In this document: positions 20,162 to 30,900 of the stretch, piece by piece
Layout: each line of letters begins with the position of its first letter
Numbering within the stretch: the stretch's first letter is position 1
From: an uncultured virus (IMG/VR IMGVR_UViG_3300042945_003839)
Lineage: Duplodnaviria > Heunggongvirae > Uroviricota > Caudoviricetes
Reading direction: 5' to 3' (one strand)
IMG/VR virus record: IMGVR_UViG_3300042945_003839
DNA length: 64,000 bases
Program-made: the position numbers and the translations under genes
Notes under the pieces: model-generated
Database searches by the model: none
Told to the model about the DNA's origin: nothing
The model's input: only the letters and a program-made list of their open reading frames with translations

Positions 20162-21783
20162 CTTTTTGCAGTACTTGTTTTCTCGAATTCCACATTAACT
20201 TCAAACACTCTATAAGACTTTAATACAGATACTATTTTTTTAATGTAAATATCAATATCTGAATACATATAATTATAAAAATCATTATCACTTAAATTTG
20301 ATAAATCTGTTTTATATTTCATATAGTTATAAGCAAAAAGACTAGAACTGCTTTTATTTGCTTCAAAATAAGCAGTATTAATCTTAATCGTTACATTGCC
20401 ACTCTGTGGCAACCCTGGTGGAATACCACCAGAAACTACATAAGCTGCAAATTCATCTATACTCGAAAACATGTCTCCTATTAAAGACAAATACAAATTA
20501 CTAGATTTTTGATCAACAAAAACAAAATCTTTACTAGATAGAGCAATAGAAGATATTTCATCTTGAGACGTAATTACTCTTGTTGAATAATCAATAACTT
20601 CTACATTCATAACTTTGCCACACACGTGTTCAAAATAGTCATAAACAATATATGAACCAGAATCAGCAAATGTAATTTTTTTAGAATCTGGAGCAACCAT
20701 GCCATACATTCCAGTAATATAAGATATACTTTTTTTCCCTATATAAATTTTATTACCAGCATAACGCTTGTTTGAACACGCATAATACATATTATCTGGA
20801 TCATAAGCTACAGCTCTATCAAAATCTAAATCTATGTATGGATCTATATCTAAATTTTCATAACTACGACTAAAGGCATCTGTCATACTTTTAAAAACAA
20901 AAAATAAATTTAATCTGTCAGTGTTTATATCATTGTCAAAATCATTATATGGTTTTTTATACATGCCCTCTGAATAGAAATCAAAATAAAAAGGACTATC
21001 TTTTTTATTTTGATTTTCTATTACATACTGCTTATCATAAGCAAAAATCACTATGGGAGAATTATATCCATTAATATAAAAACAATTTTTGTCTCCACTT
21101 GTTTTAAAATAAGAGTATTGACTCTTTTCATTTAATGTCACCACCATTTTTGAAGGTGAATCCAACAACCACTTATCATTTTCTAATGTAAAATTATAAA
21201 AATTTAAGTAATGCTTTAATGTTAATGTTTCAGAATCTATCTGCTTCGGCTTAAATATATTAAATCTTAAAGATACTAATGGTAAATTTTGAAATGATAC
21301 TGTAAATGTAAATTTAGCGACAGATCTTGGATGAATGATAATTTCGTAATAATTATCTTTTTCTAAAAGTTCGTCAATATAAAAATAATTATTATTTTTT
21401 TCAAATAATATTTTACCAAAGCTTTTTGGATATCTTAAACAATAAGAATTGCCAGAGATCAAGTAACTAACGCTAGTTGCAATACCATTGATAGCTAAGT
21501 CAGAATTGGTAACTTCATTATAAGAATGATGAAGACGCTGTAGATCTAAAAAGATTGGTACTGTTCCTTCAAAATTTACATAGTGTATACCGCAATCGGA
21601 TTTGTAATTAGAAAACAATACAGATAAAGATCCACCTTTGCCAACCTGATAAAAAGCATCGCTATTTTTTCTTCCAGCAACATTAAATCCGTTTTTATCT
21701 AAAGATGCAATAGCATGATAAACCCTATTACTGGACATGGCAGTAGCTCCATATATTGGTCTTTCATCAATAGGATAATTCAT
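20158..21783 (-). CDS. Hypothetical protein (541 aa), Tyr/Phe/Asn-rich
   Basis: ATGA overlap with the upstream gene (21780-21783). Very AT-rich coding sequence. Confidence 0.78.
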   Translation of the reverse strand: MNYPIDERPIYGATAMSSNRVYHAIASLDKNGFNVAGRKNSDAFYQVGKGGSLSVLFSNYKSDCGIHYVNFEGTVPIFLDLQRLHHSYNEVTNSDLAINGIATSVSYLISGNSYCLRYPKSFGKILFEKNNNYFYIDELLEKDNYYEIIIHPRSVAKFTFTVSFQNLPLVSLRFNIFKPKQIDSETLTLKHYLNFYNFTLENDKWLLDSPSKMVVTLNEKSQYSYFKTSGDKNCFYINGYNSPIVIFAYDKQYVIENQNKKDSPFYFDFYSEGMYKKPYNDFDNDINTDRLNLFFVFKSMTDAFSRSYENLDIDPYIDLDFDRAVAYDPDNMYYACSNKRYAGNKIYIGKKSISYITGMYGMVAPDSKKITFADSGSYIVYDYFEHVCGKVMNVEVIDYSTRVITSQDEISSIALSSKDFVFVDQKSSNLYLSLIGDMFSSIDEFAAYVVSGGIPPGLPQSGNVTIKINTAYFEANKSSSSLFAYNYMKYKTDLSNLSDNDFYNYMYSDIDIYIKKIVSVLKSYRVFEVNVEFEKTSTAKR

Positions 21784-22421
21784 TGTATGTCTTTCCTTTT
21801 TCTCGGCACCCCATTAAGATAAAGATCATCTAAACTTTTTTGAGCTATTTTAGCGTAAGAATCATTAGAAAACTTAGATGATAACCAGGCAAAAAACTGA
21901 TCCGTTGCTTCATCAGAAAAAGATTCACAAGTAGCGACTTCTTGCCAAGTAGCTATTACTTTTTTACAAATAGCAGGAGCTGAAGCTTGATCACAAATAT
22001 CTTTATTTTGTCCAGTTTTGTATCTTGTACATATACTTTTTCCCTGATATGTCACTACTTTTTCACACTCTACATATGGCCTATTGTATTTCCTAGTGCA
22101 ACCTCTACCTCCAACCCTAAAAGATAAAATAAATTGAAGTATTGATATTCTTTGCTTTTCGGTCAAAGCAGACCACTGTTGAAGTATAGACTGCTCAGAA
22201 GAAGTACTACTAGAGGGTAGCTGAGGAGCGCCAGCTGCTAATGCAGAAGCAGAATCCCAAGCCCTATACTTTCCCTGATATCTAGAAAGAAATATTCTTG
22301 TCAACTTTGGAGTCCAGCTTACTACAGCATCTACAAGTGCTTGATAGGACGTAAATCCTCCAAAGCCAGCATCCTGACCTCCTCCGCCACCGGTATTGGA
22401 ACCTCCTCCAGGACCAGGCAT
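21780..22421 (-). CDS. Hypothetical protein (213 aa), Gly-rich N-terminus and Cys-containing core
   Basis: TAATG coupling at 22421. MPGPGGGSNTGGGGG start and six Cys in the C-terminal half. Confidence 0.75.
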   Translation of the reverse strand: MPGPGGGSNTGGGGGQDAGFGGFTSYQALVDAVVSWTPKLTRIFLSRYQGKYRAWDSASALAAGAPQLPSSSTSSEQSILQQWSALTEKQRISILQFILSFRVGGRGCTRKYNRPYVECEKVVTYQGKSICTRYKTGQNKDICDQASAPAICKKVIATWQEVATCESFSDEATDQFFAWLSSKFSNDSYAKIAQKSLDDLYLNGVPRKRKDIQ

Positions 22422-25400
22422 TATCCTAACCCTCCACCACCAGGACCGCTTCCGCCAGAATCATCGTCACAATTATAACGACATCCAAAGTCTCCACCCT
22501 CTGGAGGCTCTACGGTGCCAGATGGTCTATTGCGACCACCAATCCAAGAGAATCCAGCTACGCCAGCGTTATTACTGCCATAATATCCACTATATGGAAC
22601 TTCTAGACTGTCAGAGAATGCATCCTCATCGCTTATCTCGTAATTAGGCTCATCAGTGCCATCTATAGGAGTTGTCAATGGAATATTAGGCAACAAATAA
22701 TTTGGGTCTTCTGGGTCATATGTCCCAAGAGTTCCTGTATATGAAGGCTCTGAATAAGACTGAGAAATAATTCCTAATTCGTTAAGACGTTCCACTGATA
22801 CCCCATATGGACTTGGCAACACATTAGATATAAAATCAACCTGCAAATTCATGTAAGGCAATCTCAAAGAACTCAAAATACCCATGTTAGAAGCATCAGT
22901 ATCGTCATAAATGTTTGCATTCACCTGATCAATCTTGTCAATCATGATTCTAATATTATTTCTAGTAAAACGATGAACTCCCAATTCAGTAATATTTCCA
23001 TCATTATCTACAGTGTTAGTCATCATGTAAAGGGCATGAGATTTTACATCCTCTATGCCAGACTCCACAGATACTATGTTGGCTACCTTATCATTTAAGG
23101 CATGAGATATGTCAGCATAATATGCAAGCTGGTTAAATGGCTTATGCGCCCTACTTCCCTCATTAAGATCAGAATTGTTTTTATACAGTATGCAAGTCGC
23201 AGCAAAATCTCTTCTAGCCCAACCCCCAGAGGGAAGTTTAAAAGAAGCATACTGTCGTATTACACGAACAGACTTTTCTTGATCTATAAATTTGTCAAAA
23301 AACAAACAATCATTTTTTGTACCGTCTGAATTATATTGAAAATACACATGAATATTTTCTGGCTTACCGTTAACAGTAACAGTCGGGAAATCGTCGTGAC
23401 CAAATATAGTAATTGTAGATGAAAAATCAACGTGATCTGCGTATCTGTCCAGATTATATATAATTTTTGTTTTCCCCTCTAAACATGCTACAAGATAGGG
23501 ACCAAATGGGACTAACGAATAAACGAGCTTACGCAATCCACTCTCTGCATTTTCCAAATCTATGGGATACAAGCTTACAGATTCGTTATATTTACATTTA
23601 ACTAAACTTTCACTTGCATAAACACCATCGTTTGTGGTAACCAGTAATTTTCCATATTTGACTACTATTCTTTTGAAAGAAAATGTATCATCATAAAATA
23701 TTCTCTTAAACTCATTTTCATTTGTTCTTTTTCTATAAATACCACTTTCTCCAACTGCAAATAGCACACTTTGATACTTTATTATGTGATATAGAATAGG
23801 AGTTTTTCTTAATGCAGTATCTTTTACAAAAAGATCCCCCTTATCTGTAGAATAAAATATTCCGAATTCCGTACTAATATAAACAACAGAACCAGAATCA
23901 TCTGTCCACATTCCATATATTTCAGTACTAGATCCTGAGAAAAAACCAATTTGATCTATTTTAATATTTGCAACATCACCAAAAAATGACTCGTTGTTAC
24001 TTTGATAATTTACATTGTCAGATGTTTTCACTCTAAAAACACCTATGTCAGAGCTTATAAATACAGTGCCATCATTTAATTCAACCGCATCTCTAAACAC
24101 ATGCGCGTTAAAGTTTAATGCTTGCTGAGCATATGTTAACGCAATCCCTCCATTTGCAGAAACTTTTAAAATGTCAAAACTTCTAAAATTTAGGCAATAT
24201 ATAGATTTAGATATTGGCATATACACAATCTTATGACATGGGCCAGAATCTTGTGGTGGTTCAGAAGAAACTATAAGACTTGTAGAAAATGAATCTCCAT
24301 TTTGCCAATAGTAGTAAACGCCACGACTTGTTGAAAATATAAAATTTTCAGTTCCAGGTATATTAAATGCGTCATAAACAAGATAGTGCCTTGTCTTGTT
24401 TAGAGGAAAACCAACTTTAGACAAAAATCCATCTGATAGTTCTAAGTCATTAAATTCAAAATCTGACATTTCAGACAAAGTATTATTTTGCTGATTAAAT
24501 AGCAAGTAATTTCTATTCTCATTTCTGGTCACTAAAAATTTAAAACCATCTACCGACTCCGCAATACAATCTAAAGCTGACATTTTTTCTCCGTATATAC
24601 CAGAGTGATTGATATCTGGAATACTATTTGGCTTTATTTTACCTGAAGAAATTTGCTGAGCAAAAACTGAACTCAGTCTGTCCTTAGAAAGATCTCCGCC
24701 TACTTCTCCATCACAATATATAATCAATTTAATGTCGGGAAGAGAATCAAATAATTGAGTAGTTTTTTCCTGACCTTCTAAAGGCGCTAATTGAGATGCA
24801 AATTTTAACAATTTTCTATCCGGCAAAAACTCATAATTAATAGAAGACACTTCACTATTTAAAAGAACTACGACTTCAAAATTATTTGGCAATTTTGGAA
24901 TGCGATCAATAATAAAAAATCTTTGATAGTTATCAGAATTAAATGAAGTGAATACATATTCATCGCTTAAAGATACACGCATATCAACATCTTCAGAATA
25001 TGCAAAATGCCTATGGTCAGATATTTTCTTGTTAAGTTCAGGAGTTACGGCAGAAGAGCCAAGCAATACAGAAGATCTTCTGTCAATAATATCTAATGAA
25101 TTCAAGCCTAAAACAACTTCTGCCAACAGTATACCGTCTGATATATTTTCATCATTTGTAATTATCAAAGAAGATTGAGTGGTAACTGGTATAGCGAGGT
25201 ACCTATAAGAGCCACTTTTCAGCAAAGCTCCGCGATCTAAAAATTGATATTCACCAGTTGACAAAGATCCAATCAACTTAAATTCTTCCATATTAAAACT
25301 TCTATATATTTGAAATCCGTCAAAATCTCCGCTTTGAGTATTTACGCTTACGAGGATGTCATTATTATTTTGTGCTATAGATATTGAAGGAGTAAATTCT

Positions 25401-27967
25401 TCACCAGTTAATTTATTAGCCCTCTTGACTGATGTAGTTGAATCGTTTTCCATTAATCCAAAAAATATAGGAGACACCTGACCTAAAAGACCGACCGTAA
25501 CTACCCTATAAATATAGTAATTTCCAGGGATAACAGAGTAATCTATAAATTCATGATCTGAAGAATCAACATGCCCAACGTAGTCCCAGATAGCATTTCT
25601 TTCATTTTGGAAGCTTAAAGAGTCCGTTAGCCCAATATTAATTCTATATACTTTATATTGAGACACATATTGAGAGGGCGAAGGAATCCAAGATACTTTT
25701 AAGAAACCGTCCTGCGCTGAAACTACCTGCATCATAGGAGATGTTTCTGGATCTATTTGCCAAGGACTTGGAGTATCAAAATAATACTCGGCAATTGCAC
25801 TTTCGTTACCAGAAAAATCATACAAAGAAACAGCTATATGATAGCGCCGATCTGGAACAACATAGCTATAAGGCAAAACATAAGAAGTACTATTTCCTAT
25901 TTCTTCAGAAATTTGGAGCTGATATTCGCCAACGGTGACATTTTTCTGTATATCAGATATAGAAAGTCCACTGTTTAGCAAAAGCAATTCTCTTGTATAT
26001 GAAATAGCGTCTCCATACCCTTCAGCAACTCCAGGCGTGAAATTTGCGGGTTCAGATGGCAGTAGTCTATCAAATAATATTTCTTCATCAGAATATGAAG
26101 ATGCATTTTGTATCTCAAAACATTGTGCAGGCGTAACAAGTAAAGATTTAGAAAAGCCAGATCCTGGAATAAAAGTTATCTTTAACACAGCAGGTATTGA
26201 GTTAAATTCCTCAATCACGTCAACAAGATTTTTGTTTTCTGTAGATATTAAAATATCTTCTGATGCAGATAATATGTCAATAGACACACTAGAAAAACCA
26301 GCTACAGAAGCACTATTATTTAGTGACTGAATCCTTTCTTTATCTATTTTGCATGTAATATAAGATCCAGTAAATCCTATTTTAAAAGGTGGATCTTCTT
26401 CAAATATAGCAGATATAGCAGTTCCAGATTGAGCACCAGTGCTTGTGATGGATTCAAATCTAATACCAGTTGAAGTAGACCCAGCATAATTATAAGTTGT
26501 ACTAATTATAGGTGCGCTTTTTACTATAACTTTTTGTTTTAATATTTCAGATATTTTATCAACAGACCACGTAAAAAGTATAGTACTATCGTTTTGTAAA
26601 GATCCAGAAATATTGAAAGCTTTTGATGGAGGCGTAACATCTCCAGTTCCAACAGTTATATATCTTCCAACACTTTCCATGCCGTTAACAACGCGTGTTA
26701 ACTTTATTAAATAACTCGTGTTATCTTTAAGCGGTTCGTTAACAATTTGATTTTGAGAGTTCTTTCTTGTATAACTTGAAAATCTAATCTGATTAGGAAT
26801 AAAAGCCTCCGTAGGCTCTCCTTGTATTGAAAAAGTACCATTAACTCTTAATTCCCAGACCTGATAACGCACACTTACAACAAAGCCTTCAAGCTCTTTT
26901 AACTCTCCAACAGAAAGATCTTGCAAAGAAGGATCAATAACCGGATCTGACCAAGTTATGTCTATAAAAGAACGCACTGTATTTTCTACTACCGCAGGAG
27001 AAAACACACCGTAAATAGAATCTGCATCCCTAGCTCCTGGATGAAAGCTTGGAACAGCACTAATAGTAGCCTCAGATGACTCAATGCCAAAAGCACTAAT
27101 GGCTTTTATAGAAATATTGCAAGCAATACCATTTTTTAAGTTAGAAAATATAACATGATTTATGTTTTTTGGAACTACTCTTTCCTGTACAATACCAGAC
27201 TGAACTAGGGTCAAATAGTAATAATCAATATTTTTACTAAAAGAATGCTTCCAATTTACACAAATACTTCTATGAGCAGGAAAACATTTTAAAGAAGAAG
27301 GTACGTCTGGGATGGATAGATCAGAAGGACTAGTGTACAAAAAAGAACTTGAAACTTCTGATACAAAACCATTTATATCTTCTATTGTAAACCAATAGTA
27401 ATAATTTGTACCAGCATTAATTTCTTCATCATTAAATTCAACAGATGGATAATCGATGGCGGCAATAGGTACAGCAGAGTTAAAACTATTATCAATAGAC
27501 CTGTATGCTCTTATTTTTTTAGAATCAGCAGGTAGTAAAGAAATAATGTTAATTTTTACACTGTATGGAGTGATTGATTCAAATTCAACATTTTCTATTA
27601 GTGCATCTATTCCTGTATCTGTATAACTAATTTCTGCGATATTACTTGATCTTCCAAATATTAAGGCATTTGAAGAGCCATTATTTATTCTTACATAATT
27701 AGAACCCACAGATCCAACTTCAAGTATTTGGTCAACTGAATTGCTATACATTTTCCCGTCTATGCAAAATAATCCTGATTTGACCTGGACTTGACTATTC
27801 GAAATTTTTATAACCTCTAAACCATTTACCACTCCAGAACCTATCAATGAAGATAAATATGACAACTCTTCATCAATAATTTCAAATCTTTTTCTGTCTT
27901 TAGATGCAGAGTATATCTCTCCTCGAGAAAAAAATGGCAAATTAAATTTTTCAGTATAAAATGGCAT
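22421..27967 (-). CDS. Large tail/baseplate-associated protein (1848 aa) with fibronectin type III repeats and an Asp-box/BNR beta-propeller
   Basis: FN3 signatures (PDVPSSLKCFPAHRSICVNW; LKVSWIPS..YKVYR..FIDYSVIPGNYYIYRV; GFQIYRS..FLDRG..YRY). Propeller blades (STSRGVYY, SSDIGVFR, STEFGIFYSTDKGDLF, TTNDGVYAS). N-terminus resembles that of 55046..58711. Confidence 0.8.
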   Translation of the reverse strand: MPFYTEKFNLPFFSRGEIYSASKDRKRFEIIDEELSYLSSLIGSGVVNGLEVIKISNSQVQVKSGLFCIDGKMYSNSVDQILEVGSVGSNYVRINNGSSNALIFGRSSNIAEISYTDTGIDALIENVEFESITPYSVKINIISLLPADSKKIRAYRSIDNSFNSAVPIAAIDYPSVEFNDEEINAGTNYYYWFTIEDINGFVSEVSSSFLYTSPSDLSIPDVPSSLKCFPAHRSICVNWKHSFSKNIDYYYLTLVQSGIVQERVVPKNINHVIFSNLKNGIACNISIKAISAFGIESSEATISAVPSFHPGARDADSIYGVFSPAVVENTVRSFIDITWSDPVIDPSLQDLSVGELKELEGFVVSVRYQVWELRVNGTFSIQGEPTEAFIPNQIRFSSYTRKNSQNQIVNEPLKDNTSYLIKLTRVVNGMESVGRYITVGTGDVTPPSKAFNISGSLQNDSTILFTWSVDKISEILKQKVIVKSAPIISTTYNYAGSTSTGIRFESITSTGAQSGTAISAIFEEDPPFKIGFTGSYITCKIDKERIQSLNNSASVAGFSSVSIDILSASEDILISTENKNLVDVIEEFNSIPAVLKITFIPGSGFSKSLLVTPAQCFEIQNASSYSDEEILFDRLLPSEPANFTPGVAEGYGDAISYTRELLLLNSGLSISDIQKNVTVGEYQLQISEEIGNSTSYVLPYSYVVPDRRYHIAVSLYDFSGNESAIAEYYFDTPSPWQIDPETSPMMQVVSAQDGFLKVSWIPSPSQYVSQYKVYRINIGLTDSLSFQNERNAIWDYVGHVDSSDHEFIDYSVIPGNYYIYRVVTVGLLGQVSPIFFGLMENDSTTSVKRANKLTGEEFTPSISIAQNNNDILVSVNTQSGDFDGFQIYRSFNMEEFKLIGSLSTGEYQFLDRGALLKSGSYRYLAIPVTTQSSLIITNDENISDGILLAEVVLGLNSLDIIDRRSSVLLGSSAVTPELNKKISDHRHFAYSEDVDMRVSLSDEYVFTSFNSDNYQRFFIIDRIPKLPNNFEVVVLLNSEVSSINYEFLPDRKLLKFASQLAPLEGQEKTTQLFDSLPDIKLIIYCDGEVGGDLSKDRLSSVFAQQISSGKIKPNSIPDINHSGIYGEKMSALDCIAESVDGFKFLVTRNENRNYLLFNQQNNTLSEMSDFEFNDLELSDGFLSKVGFPLNKTRHYLVYDAFNIPGTENFIFSTSRGVYYYWQNGDSFSTSLIVSSEPPQDSGPCHKIVYMPISKSIYCLNFRSFDILKVSANGGIALTYAQQALNFNAHVFRDAVELNDGTVFISSDIGVFRVKTSDNVNYQSNNESFFGDVANIKIDQIGFFSGSSTEIYGMWTDDSGSVVYISTEFGIFYSTDKGDLFVKDTALRKTPILYHIIKYQSVLFAVGESGIYRKRTNENEFKRIFYDDTFSFKRIVVKYGKLLVTTNDGVYASESLVKCKYNESVSLYPIDLENAESGLRKLVYSLVPFGPYLVACLEGKTKIIYNLDRYADHVDFSSTITIFGHDDFPTVTVNGKPENIHVYFQYNSDGTKNDCLFFDKFIDQEKSVRVIRQYASFKLPSGGWARRDFAATCILYKNNSDLNEGSRAHKPFNQLAYYADISHALNDKVANIVSVESGIEDVKSHALYMMTNTVDNDGNITELGVHRFTRNNIRIMIDKIDQVNANIYDDTDASNMGILSSLRLPYMNLQVDFISNVLPSPYGVSVERLNELGIISQSYSEPSYTGTLGTYDPEDPNYLLPNIPLTTPIDGTDEPNYEISDEDAFSDSLEVPYSGYYGSNNAGVAGFSWIGGRNRPSGTVEPPEGGDFGCRYNCDDDSGGSGPGGGGLG

Positions 27968-30900
27968 TATGATAAGTAGTTAAATTTAATTAATCGCCCA
28001 TCCTCTAATTCAAACATAAAAGCAAATCCTCTTAAGATGGGCACTCCAGAAGAAGATCCGCATGCTATACTAGAATCAACATAAACAACACGGAAAGTGT
28101 AGTTCATAGATTCCACACTTCTTGCAGTATCAGATTGATTTATATCAAAATAACTAACAGTAACATAATATGTTTTTGTTGGATCAAATTTTGATATTTC
28201 TTGATTAATAAAACTCAAAGAAATTACAGAAGACTGATTCGGCTCTAGTGTAAGTCCAGAAAGTGGGTACTGAAAAAAGTCTGCCAAATAAGTAAAATTA
28301 GCTGCTGGATAAAGAGTAGAATAAGATTTTACCAAACTTTGTCTTAATTCATCCTCATAAAAAGCTACTTCAAAATGCAAATTTTGAACATTACTTTGTT
28401 GATTAATATAATTAAAAGTAATATCATTTACAAAGTTAACTCCGCATACTTTTCTAAATGGTATTAAACTACCATACTGACTTACACCAGTACCTTCTAT
28501 TACAGAAACTTTAACAAAGTAGTTTGTATCACAAGACAATTCTGCACCAAACGGTATAAAATGGAACCTGTATTTAAATCCAGATGGAACATTTACTCCA
28601 CCACCGCCAGGGAATGGATTGCCGTTTACTCGAAATAACTGAGGAGAAGACAAAGAGTCAAAAGATGAATTTAAAATCTCCATATTCTGATCTTCAAAAA
28701 TATCAACTTTAAAATCAACAAGTCTTGTATTGCCTGTTATGTTTTCAAAATCAAAATATACTGAATTGGACAATATGCTACCCAAACCTTGCAGACTTCC
28801 CAAATCACTTCCAGCAGGTACATCAGATACGTTTTGAGGAGATACAAATCTAAATCCAACCCTCAAAGACTTACCCTGATTATCATTATTAAAACTAAAT
28901 ATTCTGTTTTCAGGGATAATTTGATACTGAGAAAAATCAGTTGCATCTTTACCAGACACTCCAACAATAATATCTGATCCGATGGGTAAGTCTTTTTCTA
29001 GTGTTATTATACCTCTTTTAACATTAGCAGGTAGTGGGAATGTATTTGTAAAGAAATGACTTGCAGAGCCTGCGTTATTGGTAATAACAATTTTAGATAC
29101 GTATGGGCTTATGTCCACCAAAGATCTCATTACTACTTTTACCTGCAAATACTGGCCATTCAAGAAAGATATATCTATATTATTTTGATTTTGATTTATC
29201 TCAAGCGTATATGGCTGATTTGCAATTTCACTTCTAGAATTAGAAACTCTAATATAGAATCTTATATCTGTTCCATTTGGAGCAAATCCATCCCATGAAA
29301 ATCTGCCCCATGAAACATGTCCAGTGGTGCCATTGAAAATTTCACTTGTATAAACACCAGTCTCTTTCATTATTCTTTCTGCAGAATAGAATGGAGCATC
29401 TCCATTTATAGAATAAGTGATATTGCCATCACCATTTACCTCTAACATCTTTGATTGCAAATAAGTTGCAGATAATTCTTCAGAAGTCAAAGTTAAGGTT
29501 AAATTATCATTATAGCCGTCAGGAGGACTAATAGCGTCAGGAGAGGATCTGATATCTGTCTCATTGCCTGCATTATCTATAAGCTTGACAAATACCTTTC
29601 TTTCTTGAGAGCCTTCTGGCTGCACAGATTTGACCTGCCTGTTAGAACAGAAAATAAGTCTATCATTTTCGTCAACTATAAAATCATTTATGTCAGATTC
29701 CGCAGTACCTTCTAAAGTCCACGTATTCCTAAAACTGTAAAGCTTATTTCCAACACCTGCGTATATTCTAAATGAATCATCTGCAAGTTGTAATGTTTTC
29801 ATGACTTTAACATCAGATGGAACGGTTCTAAACGAATCGATAAAACCTGCATCATTATCTTTAGCTCTTATGATTACGCCCCTACCAGAAGTTCCCCCAA
29901 ATATAGCAGTCCCTAATGAGGTCAAGGATAGTATCGTGTCTGATGCGTCAGCATGAATTATTTCTACGACTCCAGAAGCTATATCTATTCTATAAACATA
30001 GCCAGAGTCATAAGTGCCAGCAAACAAGAAGCGCTCAAACCCAGACAAAGAAATTATTGCTTTATCTAGCCTGTTCTTGAATGCAGAAACAGATTCTCCG
30101 TTGTACACAACTATAGAACCATTAGGATCTGAAGACAAAGATGCATCTGTGCCAATATACAGATTCTGATCGAATGCTGACAAGAACGCACAGGTAGCTC
30201 CAGAACCAGGCAACACCGCAATCTCAGTGAAAGTTTGCATATCTGTTGTCTTAAAAACTTTACCTGAATTTATTCCACTTATTGATCTTGTTCCTATTAT
30301 TAAAGATGAACCAAATTTATGAACAAAACCAACAGCGAAATCATCATTCCCATTTTCTAAAATAGCAACAGGTGTATCTAAAAAATCTCCAGAGGTAGCG
30401 CGTTCATATATTTTAATAGGAGAAGAAGTAGCAACATACAGTTTTTGGACTGAGCTAGGTCGAGTAAACGTAAAAAGTTTACTGAAATAGTCTGTATCTG
30501 TTTCAAATATTTCAGCGTTGTTGCTTAATGCTGATATTAAGTTATGACCTATAGTTGGCCTAAAAGGGATAGGATCTATTGGAGTCACGCCGTCAGAAGT
30601 AAAATTATCATAATTAGAAATTACCATAGATGCTATACCACTTACTGCATCGTAAGGAGTGTCACTGTTCGGAGGATCTATACCTACGTATATAGAATCT
30701 GGACCAGTTTGAGCAATAAACTTTACACGTCCATTAGGTGGCGTCCTATCCAAGATGACTTCATCATATGGGAGCGATATTGAGCTGTCACTCACTGCGA
30801 TATAATCAGAAGTTCCCTGAACTACTGCGTATGATTGATTATTATTAAAAAGTATACTCTTAACGTTTCTAGTTTCTATTCCAAATGCAGATTTTTCTGC

